A stretch of DNA of 64,000 nt from Octopus vulgaris (Eukaryota): positions 60,574,001 through 60,638,000 of the forward strand of contig OX597814.1 of assembly GCA_951406725.2 (NCBI GenBank), in the 5' to 3' direction. The notes beneath the pieces were generated by a model. That model was not told the DNA's origin. It did not search any database and saw nothing but the letters and a program-made list of their open reading frames with translations. Position 1 is the first letter of the stretch, and each line of letters starts with the position of its first letter. The translations under genes and the position numbers were made by a program. Below, piece after piece: positions 26,325-39,044 of the stretch.

Positions 26325-28005
26325 CTGAGACAGAAATAATTACAAAGGCATCAAATTGCTGGGTCAGGCGATGAAAGTCACAGAAAGGATCATAGCTCAA
26401 TTAATTAGTGAGGGAGTTAGTGTAGATGAGATGCAGTTCGGATTTGTGCCAGGATTTATGCACAACTGATGCCATATTCCTGATTATGCAACTGTAGGAG
26501 AAATATTTAGCCAAAAATAAACCTCTGTACCTGGCTTTTGCCAACATGGAGAAAGCCTTTGACAGGGTCCCCTGCTCCCTTATCTGGTGGTCAATGCAGG
26601 ATAAATGAGTGGTTAGTTAGAGTGGTACAAGTTATGTACAGGGATGCTGTCAGTAAGTTTGGCAACGAGTATAGCAATGAATGCAGTGTACAGGTATGAG
26701 TCCACCAAGGCTCAGTGCTATCTTAGTCCTCCAGGCCTTAGCAGAGGATTTTCAGGACCAGGTGCCTCAGGGAGCTCTTCTTGGATGATGGCCTGGTTCT
26801 TATAGCTGAATCACTACCTGACTTACAGAAGAAATTTCAGGTGTGGAAACAAGCTCTGGAATCTAAGGGCCTTAAGGTTAATTTAGCAAAAACCAAAGTC
26901 CTAATGAGCAGGAAATCAGACACATCACTAGTCCCTTCTGGGAGATTGCCCTCTTCGATATGTAAGACAGGTGTTGCTAGAAACTCCATATGTTGTACCC
27001 AATGCAAGCTTTTGACACACAAGAGGTGCAGCAGTATCAAAGGAAGGTTAATGGAGAATATAGTCTTTGTGTGTGGCAAATATGCAGGTACAATAAGCAC
27101 TAAAAATATGCAGACAATAGGTTCCCTCAAATGCTCAAATGGCTCATTAGAAGTAGTAGATAGCTTCTGTTATTTAAGAGATCAAGTTAGCAGTGAGGGA
27201 GGGAGTTCTGAAAGTGTAGTTGCTAGGATAAGGACAGACTTGGAAAAGCTCAGTGGTAACTAAGGGCCTCTTCCCCTGAGTGAAAGGCACAATGTATGAT
27301 GCTTGTGGGCATACAGCTATGTTACTTGACAGTGGAACATGGGCTTTGACTACAGAGGACTTGCGAAAGTTTGAAAGAAATGAAACTAGCGTGCTCTGCT
27401 GGATGGGTAATGTCAGTGTGCATGCATGACAGAGTATAAATGATTTAAGAGGAAAACTGGGCAGAAAAAGGCATCAAATGTTGTGTGCAAGAAAGAACAC
27501 TGCATTGGTTTGGTCATGGATGAGAACAGCTGCATAGAGAAGTGCTGAGCTCTAATTGTGGAAGGTACCTGTGGAAGGGGTAAACTCAGGAAGATATGGG
27601 ACAAAGTGGTGAGAAAGGATCTTCAGATGCTGGGTTTTACTGAGGAAATGACAAGGGACTGGAAGATGTGGCAATTCGCTGTACTTGGTAAGACATGTCA
27701 AGCTAAGTAAAATCACTGTCTTCCACACAAACAGGTGCTGGTACCACTTAAAAAGCAACCATGCCAGTGCTGCATTAATGCACCCATGCTGGTGCTACAT
27801 AAATAGACCCATTCCGGTGGCACATAAAATGCACCTAACACACTCTGTAAGGTGGTTGGCATTAGGAAAGCATCCAGCCATAGAAACTATGTCTTAATAG
27901 ACAGATGGAGTAAGGACAGCTCCCTGTAGGCCAGCTCCACATCAAACCATCCAACCCAAGCCAGCATGGAAAGCATACATTAAATGATGATGATGATAAT
28001 GATGA
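26325..28005 (+). mobile_element. 5'-truncated RTE-clade LINE (degenerate RT, Cys-rich insert, 3' UTR minisatellite, (GAT)n tail)
   Basis: QFGFVPG, TTDAIF, KAFDRVP, HQGSVL, DDGLVLIAES..GLKVNLAKTKVL and C-x2-C..HKRC motifs, with stops and frameshifts. Confidence 0.9.
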
Positions 28006-28379
28006 AGATATACTAGTTTTTCTTGCATTAGATTAAATATGTTACAATCTGACTTGATACCTGCTGTCTGCTTGTAGGCTTATGTTCTGTTTTATATATA
28101 TATATATAGATATAAATACTGTATGGCACCTTAGGCAAGTGACTTCTATTATAGTCGCAGGCCAACAAAAGCTTTATGAGTGGATTTGGTAGACAGAAAC
28201 TGAAAGAAGCCCATCAAGGCTGTGTCCCAGCATGGCTGCAGTCAAATGACTGAAACAAGTAAAAGATAAAATATATATAGGGTGCCCCAGCATGGCCGCA
28301 GCCTCAAGGCTGAAACATATAAAAGAATACACACACATATACACATATGTATATACAAAAAGATATAGACACACACACA

Positions 28380-28560
28380 CTTTTTTTTTCCTCTGTCCTC
28401 CCGTCTCGGGATCTTTCTTTCTCCTATGTTTCCGACGAAGAGCTCCGCTCGAAACGTCATACCCTCCTTCTTCCATTTTCCTGAGCGCCTAATAATAATA
28501 ATACCGTAATTGTTCCACGTATTGTTGTTTTTTCTGTTTTCCCGTTTGGATTAACCTATA
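28380..28560 (+). mobile_element. Short Penelope pLTR-like remnant with degenerate minimal hammerhead
   Basis: CCGACGA-a-GAGCtccGCTC-GAAAC-GTC at 28432-28458, CpG-richer than its surroundings, ends in (TA)n. Confidence 0.45.
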
Positions 28561-28564
28561 TATA

Positions 28565-28615
<51 letters not shown>

Positions 28616-28903
28616 CACACACACATACATACATACATACATACATACTACACAATGAGTTTCCACAGTTTCTGTTTATTAAATTCACTCATCAAGCATT
28701 GGTCAGTCTTGGACTTTAGTGCAAAAATATTTGCCCGAGGTGCCAAGCAGTAGGATTGAACCTGAATGAACATGGTTGCAAAGTGAGCTTCTTAACCACA
28801 TAGGCATTCCAGGTACCTGCATGAAACTTTCTAAAAATGCAATTATGTTAGCAGGATCAGGGAAAAAATAGTGAAGAAGACATAAAAGTATTAATAGACT
28901 AAC

Positions 28904-29234
28904 CAAGGCAAAAATGCATGTAAAATTCTAAATGTTCGCGGTTTCAAGAGCTTTTCCTTTCGTAAGTAATCCAAAAGAGCTTGAGCTGGCTGTTCTGACA
29001 AGCCATGTAAAGGTACAGTATGCTCCTTCGGATTCAGGAAGTGTGCAGCAATGTATTGAAGACATAACTGTGCCAAAGAGGGCACCGACGGACTGTAATG
29101 ATGATGATGATGATGATGACGATGATGATGGTGCTGGTGTTGTTGTTGCTGTTGATTATGATGATGGTGTCGCTGCTGTGAAGAGGGGCTCCGACTTCTG
29201 GATTGATGTTCATGACGGGTGTTTGCAGCAGCCA
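28904..29234 (-). CDS. Coding exon C: VIM second half, His/Gln tract, BC-box-like VPSLAQLCLQYI, ending ...ALLDYLRKEKLLKPRTFRILHAFLP(C)
   Basis: Acceptor ttctcttccag, donor gttagt, 331 nt, phase 1-2. Lies inside track ORF 28891..29313 and joins exon D in frame. Confidence 0.88.
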
Positions 29235-29325
29235 CTGGAAGAGAAATAAGAGATACACATATCAGAAGGGAAAAAAAAATCATTGAAACCTCAACCTCAA
29301 AAAGATTTAGCATTACACAACAGCA

Positions 29326-29376
<51 letters not shown>

Positions 29377-29469
29377 CTATATTAAACCTCTCTGAGTGAG
29401 AGGTAAACAGTAACAAGACAGAATCATAAAATATATTTGCCAACTAAATGTGGCGGTTCCATAGAGGAC

Positions 29470-29736
29470 TATGTTGCTGTTGTTTTTAGCCCCAGGAAGG
29501 CATCTCCTCCAGCTGGCTAACGACACACTGTCTGTGTCTGATTAGTATTTGCAAGGGGAGGTCATCGTTCCCATATCTAGCCTCACGTGATACATATGAT
29601 AAATCCAAGTTTGTGTGTATCACATAAGGCTAGATATGGAAGTGATGACCTCCCCTCACAAATACTAATTGGACACAGTATGTCATTAGCCAGCTGGAGG
29701 AGATGTCTTCCTGGAGCTAAAGACAACAGTAACATA
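29470..29736. repeat. Fold-back (palindromic MITE) with ~125-bp arms
   Basis: tatgttgctgttg..ccagctggctaa..ggggaggtcatc..tatctagcct..gtgatacata / tgtgtatcac..aggctagata..gatgacctcccc..ttagccagctgg..caacagtaacata. Confidence 0.85.
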
Positions 29737-30161
29737 ATTCTCTATGGAACCACCACATTTACTTGGCAAATATATTTTATGATATCTGTTTGTTGTTTAC
29801 ACACCTGTCTTTGTCTTTTGTGTTTTTTGTAAATCTCACTATATATATAACATACAGAATATAAAGAAATACAGGAGGTATGACATGAATATATATATAT
29901 ACATATATTTACATATATGTATATATTTCCCCAGTTGATATCCATAGGATGACAGCTGTTTTGCAGCTAACATCATGCAAAATTTTTTTGTTTTAGTGTA
30001 TAACAAATCACTAGTGTGTATGCTATAAATTGCTATTACAATTGGACATTTTACAGAAAAAAATTGCAACTATAGAAGGCTAGCACTTCAGATCAACAGA
30101 ATATCAAGGTTACATCAATTTTTCATCTTCAGTATACAAAGAATAACACACACACACACAC

Positions 30162-30670
30162 ATATGAAACAGAAGCAGCACTAGTATAATAAACATTATC
30201 AACTACACAGTAACTGCATGTATTTGCTAACAGGCCGCGATTTAGTATAGTGGAGAATACTTTCTCAAAATGCCTGAAAGTCATGAACAGGCAAGATAAT
30301 ACTCTTCTAATGCCATCCAGGAGTAGACATTGATGTTTTCACATTTTTGTGGCTTATTAACATCGCATACTCAAACGGGACCAGAGATGAATCATTTTGC
30401 CTGTCTATGACTTATATGAATATAGTGTGAAAGCTATGTGCTGGTATGCCTGCATGATACATATGTAAAAATAAATTCAAATATGAAATAGAAGCAGTAC
30501 TAGTGTAATAAACATTATCAGCCACATATACTTAATGAATATGCCTGGCATATTTGCTGATAGGCTGCAATCTTGTTTAGTGGAGAATACTCTCTCAAAG
30601 CACCAGGTATTAGAAAATTTGAAAGTCTTGAACAGGCAAGATAGCTCACCTCTAATCTCATCCAGGAATC
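30162..30670. repeat. Diverged direct duplication (30162-30322 / 30481-30670), probably old LINE-derived
   Basis: atatgaaa(c/t)agaagcag(c/t)actagt..aaacattatca..agtggagaatact..tgaaagtc(a/t)tgaacaggcaagata..catccagga is present twice. Confidence 0.65.
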
Positions 30671-33460
30671 ATGGACTGGCAAAATGATTTATTTGCAATC
30701 CTGTTCAGGTACCTGAAGTTAATAAGCCCCAGAAATGGTGTAATATTAATGTCCATCAATGGAAATCAATGTAGGCATATTCCAGGGTCTGATTTACTTG
30801 ACACAGTAATAAGCTCCTTTATTAATATATATAAAGAATGCCACACATTTGAACCTAGCAGCAGATATTTCCAGTAGTTTAACTGGAATTGTGTAATAAA
30901 AAAACAAATCGCTTGTTACATTTAATGCTTCAAAGGCCATCACTATCATGAAATTTCTGACCTTCCCCCAATAGGACTGTTTGAAAGAGTTTCCTTGTTT
31001 AGCTACACTGTATGCATTCAATTCACATTTGTTTTGAGTTGGAACATCTACAGTACATTTGCTGCCAAAGAGGCAGCACAGCTACAATGGTGGGCTTATT
31101 CTGCAATCCCCTCCAAAAGATTCCAGCACTTGAAGTCCTGTAGAATCTCTATAAGTGCCAGGTCCACCCAAAAATGGTGTGCTGCTCACACATTTGGACA
31201 AGTTCCTCTAAATATATACAATCCACTCTTGAATCAAATACATAGTTAAGTTGGTGACAAGATAGTTTTGAAACTCTATTCTTTTACTGACAGAATGTTG
31301 CCAGGCTGGCCCTTTTCTACTATTACTTCTATAGAAGGTGTTGTGATAAACTTCATTCCCTAGCTCCTCCAGTTTGGAGAGTTTCCCATCAGAACTAAGT
31401 TTGCCAAATTCAATAGATGACACAGATGTTTCCTAAATATTTTACACTACAAAAAGTAAAGAAAAGAAAACTGCCAGGTCTTCAGACATTTACCAGCATT
31501 ATCTTTGTCTGTCAGACATTATACTTGTTGTAGAGAGATGAAGATTGGCAGTGTACTGGGATTTTATTATACACAAGTAATTAGTGTGTTCTTGACAAAT
31601 ATCAAATAACGAAATTGCACTAATGAATGTAATCAGGTTGTACTTTTGAAAAATTTCTTTGTAATACTTTTCAAGACAGCTAGAACAAACATTAAATTAC
31701 TAGTGTGTTGACAGTATTTCATCTCACTGTTATAATATAGTTACTTTGTAATAAATATTAGATTAAAGAGTTGGGGAAGTGGCAAGAAGTCGGGATGTGG
31801 GCTATATACCTTGTATTATTTAGTTACATGTCTTTTCATTCTAAGTTCAAAATCTGCTAAGATTCCTTTCACCTTTCATCCAATTAATAGCAACAGGAAA
31901 TAGGCACTGCTCCTGTACAAAACTGATTATCCTGACTTCACCTTCTCACTGAGCATATAAGGCTTTGAGTTAAGATTATAAATCAGTAACTATTAGATCC
32001 AAAGAAATTACTCTTTAATACAATGCCAAAAGAAAACAATAGTACAAAAGCCTAAAATATCCCCCAATATATAACTAGTATATATTTCATCAACATTATT
32101 GATTAAAGACAAATTTAAATCTATCATTAGTTTAGCTAAGAGAGGCACAACTAAATACTAAAATCTATTTAATCATGTATGTAATACTACATACAGCAAT
32201 TTCTCACTTTATAACACAATCCCAGTTAGGTCACTGGGAAGATCTGCTGCTAGGTCCAAGTGTATGGCATTCTTTATATATTAATAAAGGATCTTATTAT
32301 TGTGTCAAGTAAATCATTGATAAACAGCAGGAAGAGTGCAGGTTCCAGGACAGATCCCTGGAATATGCTTACACTGATTTTATAAATACCACTGTTGACA
32401 GCAACTTCAGAACTTCTTCCTATCAGAAATGATTTAATGGTAAAGAAGACTATCAGTTATGCCATACTTGGTCAGGTTTTGAGGTGGTCTTTTATGCTAC
32501 ACTTTGTCAAAAAAATTGAAGATGTCTTAGGTATTAAAGCTGGTATCTTGTGTACTACTTATTCTATGGATGATAACTTTGGGTATGTTAGCAATATTTA
32601 GAAGAAATTCAAACAATTCCAATCTCATTCTAGGTACTGTGTTATTCTCCTTTAGTAAGATGCTTTCTTTGTTTCAGTCTATTGAGTCAACAATGGATAC
32701 CCCAACTACTCCACAATTGTGGGCTTAGAAGCAGAAAGGACATCCCAGCTGCCAATTTTTTTTACTTCAATGATAGGTAATATCTTCTTTTTTTCAAACC
32801 TACAGATATCAATATAGGGCAAATAGATATATAGTTAGATTTTAGTATTAGATGTGGAATTTAGACATTTTGATTTCAAATCCTGCCAAGGTCAACTTTT
32901 CATCCCACTTAAGTTGATTAAATAATCCCCTCCTCTCATAACAACTGGCTTTGTGCTCAAATCAAAAATAATATTAGATATCAAGATCACATGCAATGCC
33001 AATATTCAGAATCAAACCAATCTGAATATTTCAACGAATTTCAGTAATTCTCTGACTGAGATAAAGAAGAGAACAATTCACAAGGTAGAAGCACTAAGCA
33101 GTAATGTACATTATATACATGGTTATTACTAGTTCAAATATACTCGGGGAATATTTGGACCCATAAAAAAGTCATTGACTGTATTTTGTCCTGGAGAAAT
33201 TTGCCACTGTAGACAAATGGTGTACATACACCAAGATCAGCTTACAGCACAACCTACCCAGACTGTGAGATGCAAGCATTTTGGCATGGTTATTTCCTCT
33301 TCAGTCAAAGAAACTGGAAAGGGTGAATTGTAAGCTGACAAGAGAGATTGTCTCTGTTATGACATTCCCATCATCGTACAATGACTGGTAGTGCTAATCG
33401 GTGGCTCACTGCAAACAAATTACTAAATAGCAGTGCTAAGCAGTGACGTGTATAAATACA

Positions 33461-33697
33461 AAGTTATTTCCAGTTCAAATATGCTTGAGGAATATTCCAA
33501 CCTGCAAGAAAGCCATTCACTTTGTTTTGTCATGGAGTAATTTGTTGCTGCAGACAAACGGTGTAAATACTGAGTTGATTTAAGTGTATTTACACTGTTT
33601 GTCTACAGTGATAAATTTTCTCCATGACAAAACACAGTGAATGGCTTTCTTAAGGGTTTGAATACGCCCCCAAGCATATTTGAACTGGTAAAGACTT
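33461..33697. repeat. Fold-back with ~110-bp arms, plus a third diverged arm copy at ~33096-33232
   Basis: ccagttcaaatatgcttg..aagaaagccattcact..gcagacaaacggtgtaaatac is the reverse complement of 33586-33688; spacer ~15 nt. Confidence 0.85.
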
Positions 33698-33723
33698 GTT
33701 AGAGAAGAGAAGAACATACTTAC

Positions 33724-33837
33724 CAGCAAGCTCCCTCATGTGGCTGGTGTTTGGTTCTGGAAGCGTTTCACTTCTAGGATCTCCTTCAGGAAGAAGTCTC
33801 ATCCCTACGCCACTAAACACACCTGTGCGTAGTTCAG
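33724..33837 (-). CDS. Coding exon B: (A)ELRTGVFSGVGMRLLPEGDPRSETLPEPNTSHMRELA(V); SHP-box-like FSGVGMRL and first half of a VIM motif
   Basis: Acceptor ttgtttcag, donor gtaagt, 114 nt, phase 1-1. Splicing to exon C rebuilds R-x5-AA-x2-R across the junction. Confidence 0.85.
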
Positions 33838-34594
33838 CTGAAACAATTTAAGAATGAAACACTATAGCAACCTTTTAAAGATATACCTTTCATTAGGATC
33901 TGACTATATTTACCAGATATAAACTGCAAGTGAATCCCCCTCAGAGCACACCACACTATCTTTAAAAACAAGGACATATTAACCTTTATTATCCTAAGGG
34001 CAGAAAGAATCTAACAAAACCTATGAAATTAGGGGATCAAGTCTGTTTTTATCAAACTTAGATATCGGTGAAATTTCAACTTCATTGAATTAAAGGATTT
34101 CTGTTTTCTCAAATGGTCTACATTTGTAGACATTGAAATGCTACGGGATTAAAAATCAGAAAATTAAATCAAAGTATGTGTTGTAATTCTGAACAAATCT
34201 ATTGCTTTCACTCCATCACATAAGAAAAATATATGTTTATAAAACAGTTTTGCAACAAATGGATAACACATCCTGTCTTTTCTTGATTTTCATTTTCTCA
34301 AGTTTGCAACCAATCTAAAATATTTAAATGACACCAACAATCTGATTGTCTGCCAAAAATAAATGGAACAGACCTATATATATATGCATGTGTATAACAT
34401 CTGACAATAAACTGTTCTAAGATAAATAATATGCAACGTCTACAATTGTAGACATTGAGATAAAATGGGTTAAACAATGTAGATCTAGGTACACTATTCC
34501 TAGGAACAAAACAAGTTGATCGTGCCTATGAGGCCTTTCTTCATAGGTCAGTTAACTGATGCCATTAACAACAACAACAACAACAACAGCAACC

Positions 34595-34611
34595 TTATTA
34601 TATATATATAT

Positions 34612-34670
<59 letters not shown>

Positions 34671-34696
34671 TGTATATATACATATATACATGTATA

Positions 34697-34728
<32 letters not shown>

Positions 34729-34966
34729 CATGTGTGTGTGTATATATATATGTATATATATATATACATATATATATACATGTGTATGTATATATATATA
34801 TACATACATATATATACATGTGTGTATGTGTATGTATATATATATATATATATATACATATATATACATGTATATATATATATATATATACACACACACA
34901 GATGTACACAGATATACACATTTCACATATATATATACACATATATATATATATATATATATATAT
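34595..34966. repeat. Compound (TA)/(GATA)/(TG)/(CA) microsatellite
   Basis: Directly visible; source of the Y/I-rich ORFs. Confidence 0.95.
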
Positions 34967-35177
34967 TCTTTTATTTGTTTCAGTCATTCAACTGTGGCCA
35001 TGCTGGAGCACCACCTTTAGTCAAACAAACTGACCCAAGGACTTATTCTTTGTAAGCCTAGTACTTATTCTATCGGTCTCTTTTGCCAAACTGCTAAGTT
35101 ATGAGGATGTAAACACACCACCATCAGTTGTCAAGCGATGGTCGGGGGACAAACACAGACACATAAATATACACATA

Positions 35178-35250
<73 letters not shown>

Positions 35251-35731
35251 CATATGACAAGCTTCTTTCAGTTTCCATCTACTAAATCCACTCACAAGGC
35301 TATAGTAGAAGACACCTGCCCAAGGTGCCACACAGTGGGACTGAACCCAGAACTATGTGGGTGGGAAGCAAGCTTCTTACCACAGAACTATGCCTGCGCC
35401 TAGCTTCTTACTACACAGCCACACCTACACCACAACCACATACACACACTCACACACACACATATTTATAATAATAAACCATGTGTTAAATAAAAGACAT
35501 AGACCTCAGAATCATTGAAAGAGGGGAATGTATTCAATATATTTGTAGACAGAGAGACATTTCTAGGTGTGTGTGCATGGCTGTGTGGTTAAGAAGTTCA
35601 CTTTACAACCACATCATTGCTGGTTCAATCCTACTCCATGGCCCCTCCTCTTCTACTGTTTCCAATCATAGCCTCAGACTGACCAATATCTTATGAGTGA
35701 ATAGGATTGATTGAAATGGTAAAAAGCATGT

Positions 35732-35769
<38 letters not shown>

Positions 35770-36954
35770 TGTCTGTCTGTGTGTGCGTGTGTGCATACAT
35801 GCACACACATGTACATATATGCAAGCATATGTGAGTAAATATATTCCACACTTGAGCAAAATGGCAATGATTTTGGCAGTCCTTGTTCACAATACGATTG
35901 GTTTGCACTTTGAATGATCTCTGGAATAAAAATTCTTTTAACTTGAAAAACAGGCTCATTAAATCCTTACTCAAATATCTCCCCATCTAACTCAGGCTAA
36001 CATGGGAAAACAGACATTAAACGAAGGGATATGCCTGTAGAAAAATAAAAACAACAAATTCATAGGAAAACAAATTTCTTCATGGGGAAATGACTTTGCT
36101 TGGAAACATATGAGAGCTGGCAGCAGGAAGAGCAACCAACAATAGAAAATATACCTCATACTCTTACCCATGGAAACACAGAGAAGTGGATGTTGAAAAG
36201 ATTAATCTACATTCTCTTGAAAGAATCAAGCTCACTGGCTAATTGAAATACCAATGCCTGTTCTGCCACTGTTATTCTTATATATCACAGGCAAGGAAAG
36301 GAACTGCTACTATCTCTAGCAGTTGAGTGTGCATCATTGACAAGACCATGAAAGGTCGAAATCACGTGACCTAAAAGTCTCAGCACTGGAGATGAGGGGA
36401 AATTATTTCCCTGCTAACGATATAAACAAGCATGCATTTTGCACCAAAAGCCAATATGAGAGTTTCTCTCGTGGAATCTACCACAGTATAGTTTGTTCTA
36501 ACAGAACATCCATGTTTAAGTGGGGATAAACATTACCGCTCGGTATTAATACTGTCTCTGTCACTAATAAATATTTATTAGGAAATACGTTTAGAAAAAA
36601 AAAAAGTTGACTGGGGAGGGAGAATGGCAATTTCAAAAGGAAAATCTTTCATTCTTAACAATTCTCTCTTGATTCTAGATCAGTTTCAGCCATCTCAACT
36701 GACTTGAAACATCATCATCCAAATGCTGCTGTGCCTCCACAAATAAGCAAGTGTTTCTGCAGTCATGGCATTTTTCCTTGAACTGCCAGACTTTGTAAAT
36801 CTCTTCCAGCTCATTGTTTTCCTCCTCTTTATGACTTGAACTCTTTCAAATCCAAAGTAAATTTATTCCTTTCCTCTTAATTTTTCCTTCTTCATAGTTC
36901 CTTACACCATGTGGCTTCTTGCCTTATTTGAGATTTTTACTAACACAAAAATTG

Positions 36955-37084
36955 TAGGAGTGGCTGTGTGGTAAGTAGCTTGCTTACCAACCACATAGCA
37001 CCTTGGGCAAGTGTCTTCTACTATAGCCTCGGGCCGACCAAAGCCTTGTGAGTGAATTTGGTAGACAGAAACTGAAAGAAGACC

Positions 37085-37143
<59 letters not shown>

Positions 37144-37360
37144 TGTATGTATGTGTGTATGTTTGTGTGTCTGTGTTTGTGACCCCAACATCGCTTGACA
37201 ACCGATGGTGGTGTGTTACGCCCCCGTAACTTAGCAGTTCAGCAAAAGAGACCGATAGAATAAGTACTAGGCTTACAAAGAATAAGTCCTGGGGTCGATT
37301 TGCTCAACTAAAGGCGGTGCTCCAGCATGGTCACAGTCAAATGACTGAAACAAGTAAGAA
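36955..37360 (+). mobile_element. tRNA-derived SINE family A (Octopus OR-like). Other copies ~1675-2065 +, ~2295-2470 +, ~5660-6070 +, ~34965-35400 -, ~44820-45220 -, and partials at ~4700, ~12120, ~17575, ~28115, ~28650, ~35570, ~42527, ~44030, ~59680
   Basis: Recurrent head tggctgtgtggtaag (A box) with ggttcagtccc (B box) in full copies, core caccttgggcaagtgtcttctactatagcc, internal (TA)/(TG)n, tail cagcatggccgcagtcaaatgactgaaacaagtaaaag. Confidence 0.85.
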
Positions 37361-38106
37361 TAAGAGTAATATACACCCTTGAAATATTTTCTCTGGAAAA
37401 TTTTACTGAAATAAACGTATTTTTCATGAAGTCAAGAAAAATCAGGGGTATGAAACTGCAATTATACCCATTATGCAAGGGCTTCATGAAAAGACCAATA
37501 GGTGAGATTAGGGTATTTGTAACCGGTCGAGGAACAGCACATGGGTTTTCACTGTATTTCATATATTAGGTCAAACATTATGAGTTAGGTACAGTAGTTG
37601 AACCTGTTCCAACCATGCCCATCATAGAAAAACAAATTCACAGAATATCCTTTCCTTTCTAAGTATTATATACAAATACTGAAATCTCCTACTGTATCTC
37701 TCTTTAAAAAGTTCTTTTCTAAATTTCTTTCTTTCTTATTCTGTTATCTTTTGATCAATTTGTTTCCCTACTTTCTTCACTATCCAGCTATGATATCTGT
37801 AGCATCTCTTTCACCTACAGCAATGCCCAATCACAATATCCAAAAAACCAACAAAAGGATGGAAATGAAGATTTTTCAACATCAAATAGCAAGACATATT
37901 GAGATAAACAAACAAGTGAAAAGTAAATAGATATGTGTTTCTCTGCAAAGGGAACTGAAGAGGTGTAAGAAAAGATGATGATGGTGTTGATGGCAGTGGT
38001 GGTGGGGTAGGTCGTTGTGCTAGCAATAGCAAGAACAACAACAAAGACCATAAAAAGAGAAGACAATGAATGAATGAGGAGAGGAGTGAGCAGATAGAGG
38101 AGGGGA

Positions 38107-38253
38107 GAAGAAGAAGAAGAAGAAGAAGAAGAAGAAGAAGAAGAAGAAGAAGAAGAAGAAGAAGAAGAAGAAGAAGAAGAAGAAGAAGAAGAAGAAGAAG
38201 AAGAAGAAGAAGAAGAAGAAGAAGAAGAAGAAGAAGAAGAAGAAGAAGAAGAA
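38107..38253. repeat. Pure (GAA)n microsatellite (another at ~17134-17259)
   Basis: Directly visible; source of the spurious poly-R and poly-L ORFs. Confidence 0.95.
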
Positions 38254-38987
38254 GGGAGAAGAAGGGAGAAGCAGCAGCTACAGCAATGATTTGAAGGAAG
38301 TAAAACAGAAAATAAACATTGTCAAGAAGTCTGAAGAAAATCTGCCCGTTTGAAGAATTTTAAGGGAAATTGTCTTCTCAGATTAATTTCTTGATTTTTG
38401 AGCCACTTTAACAGAAACGAACACAGTCAAACGGATTCTTCATCTGTAGAATTAATTAACGGTAATTTTATTGAAACAAGAAAACAAATGACATGTTGGC
38501 TACTTGAGAAATTCTTTTGTGTAGTTTCCATGACTTTGCAGAGACAAGAGCGAATACAAGGAGTCCTTCAAGAAACACAATGAGATCGATTAGGGATTAA
38601 GCTGAGATAAAACCTAAAATGGTAACGAAGTAGAATTGCTGTTGTCATCATTGTTGTTGATCATCAAAGATGTTCAAGCTATGATCACACTATTTTACCA
38701 AAGTTATCTTGGACTACATCATTTAATGTGCTTTTTCTTTTTATATTGTTACCTGGGGGGAGGGGGGTTAGATGTTGTTTTTTTAGCTGGCATAGTGTGA
38801 TTCTTGAGATAACAAATGCTGGCATGACTATGTAGTTAATTTAACTGTGAATCCATCTGGTTTCAGGCTCTATCACAAGAGTGTGGCACCTTGAGCAAGT
38901 CTCTCCATCATATAAAAAGAATCTATTATACATATACTTATATATGAATGAATGAATGCATGTGTGTGTGTCTGTGTGTATCATCAT

Positions 38988-39037
<50 letters not shown>

Positions 39038-39044
<7 letters not shown>

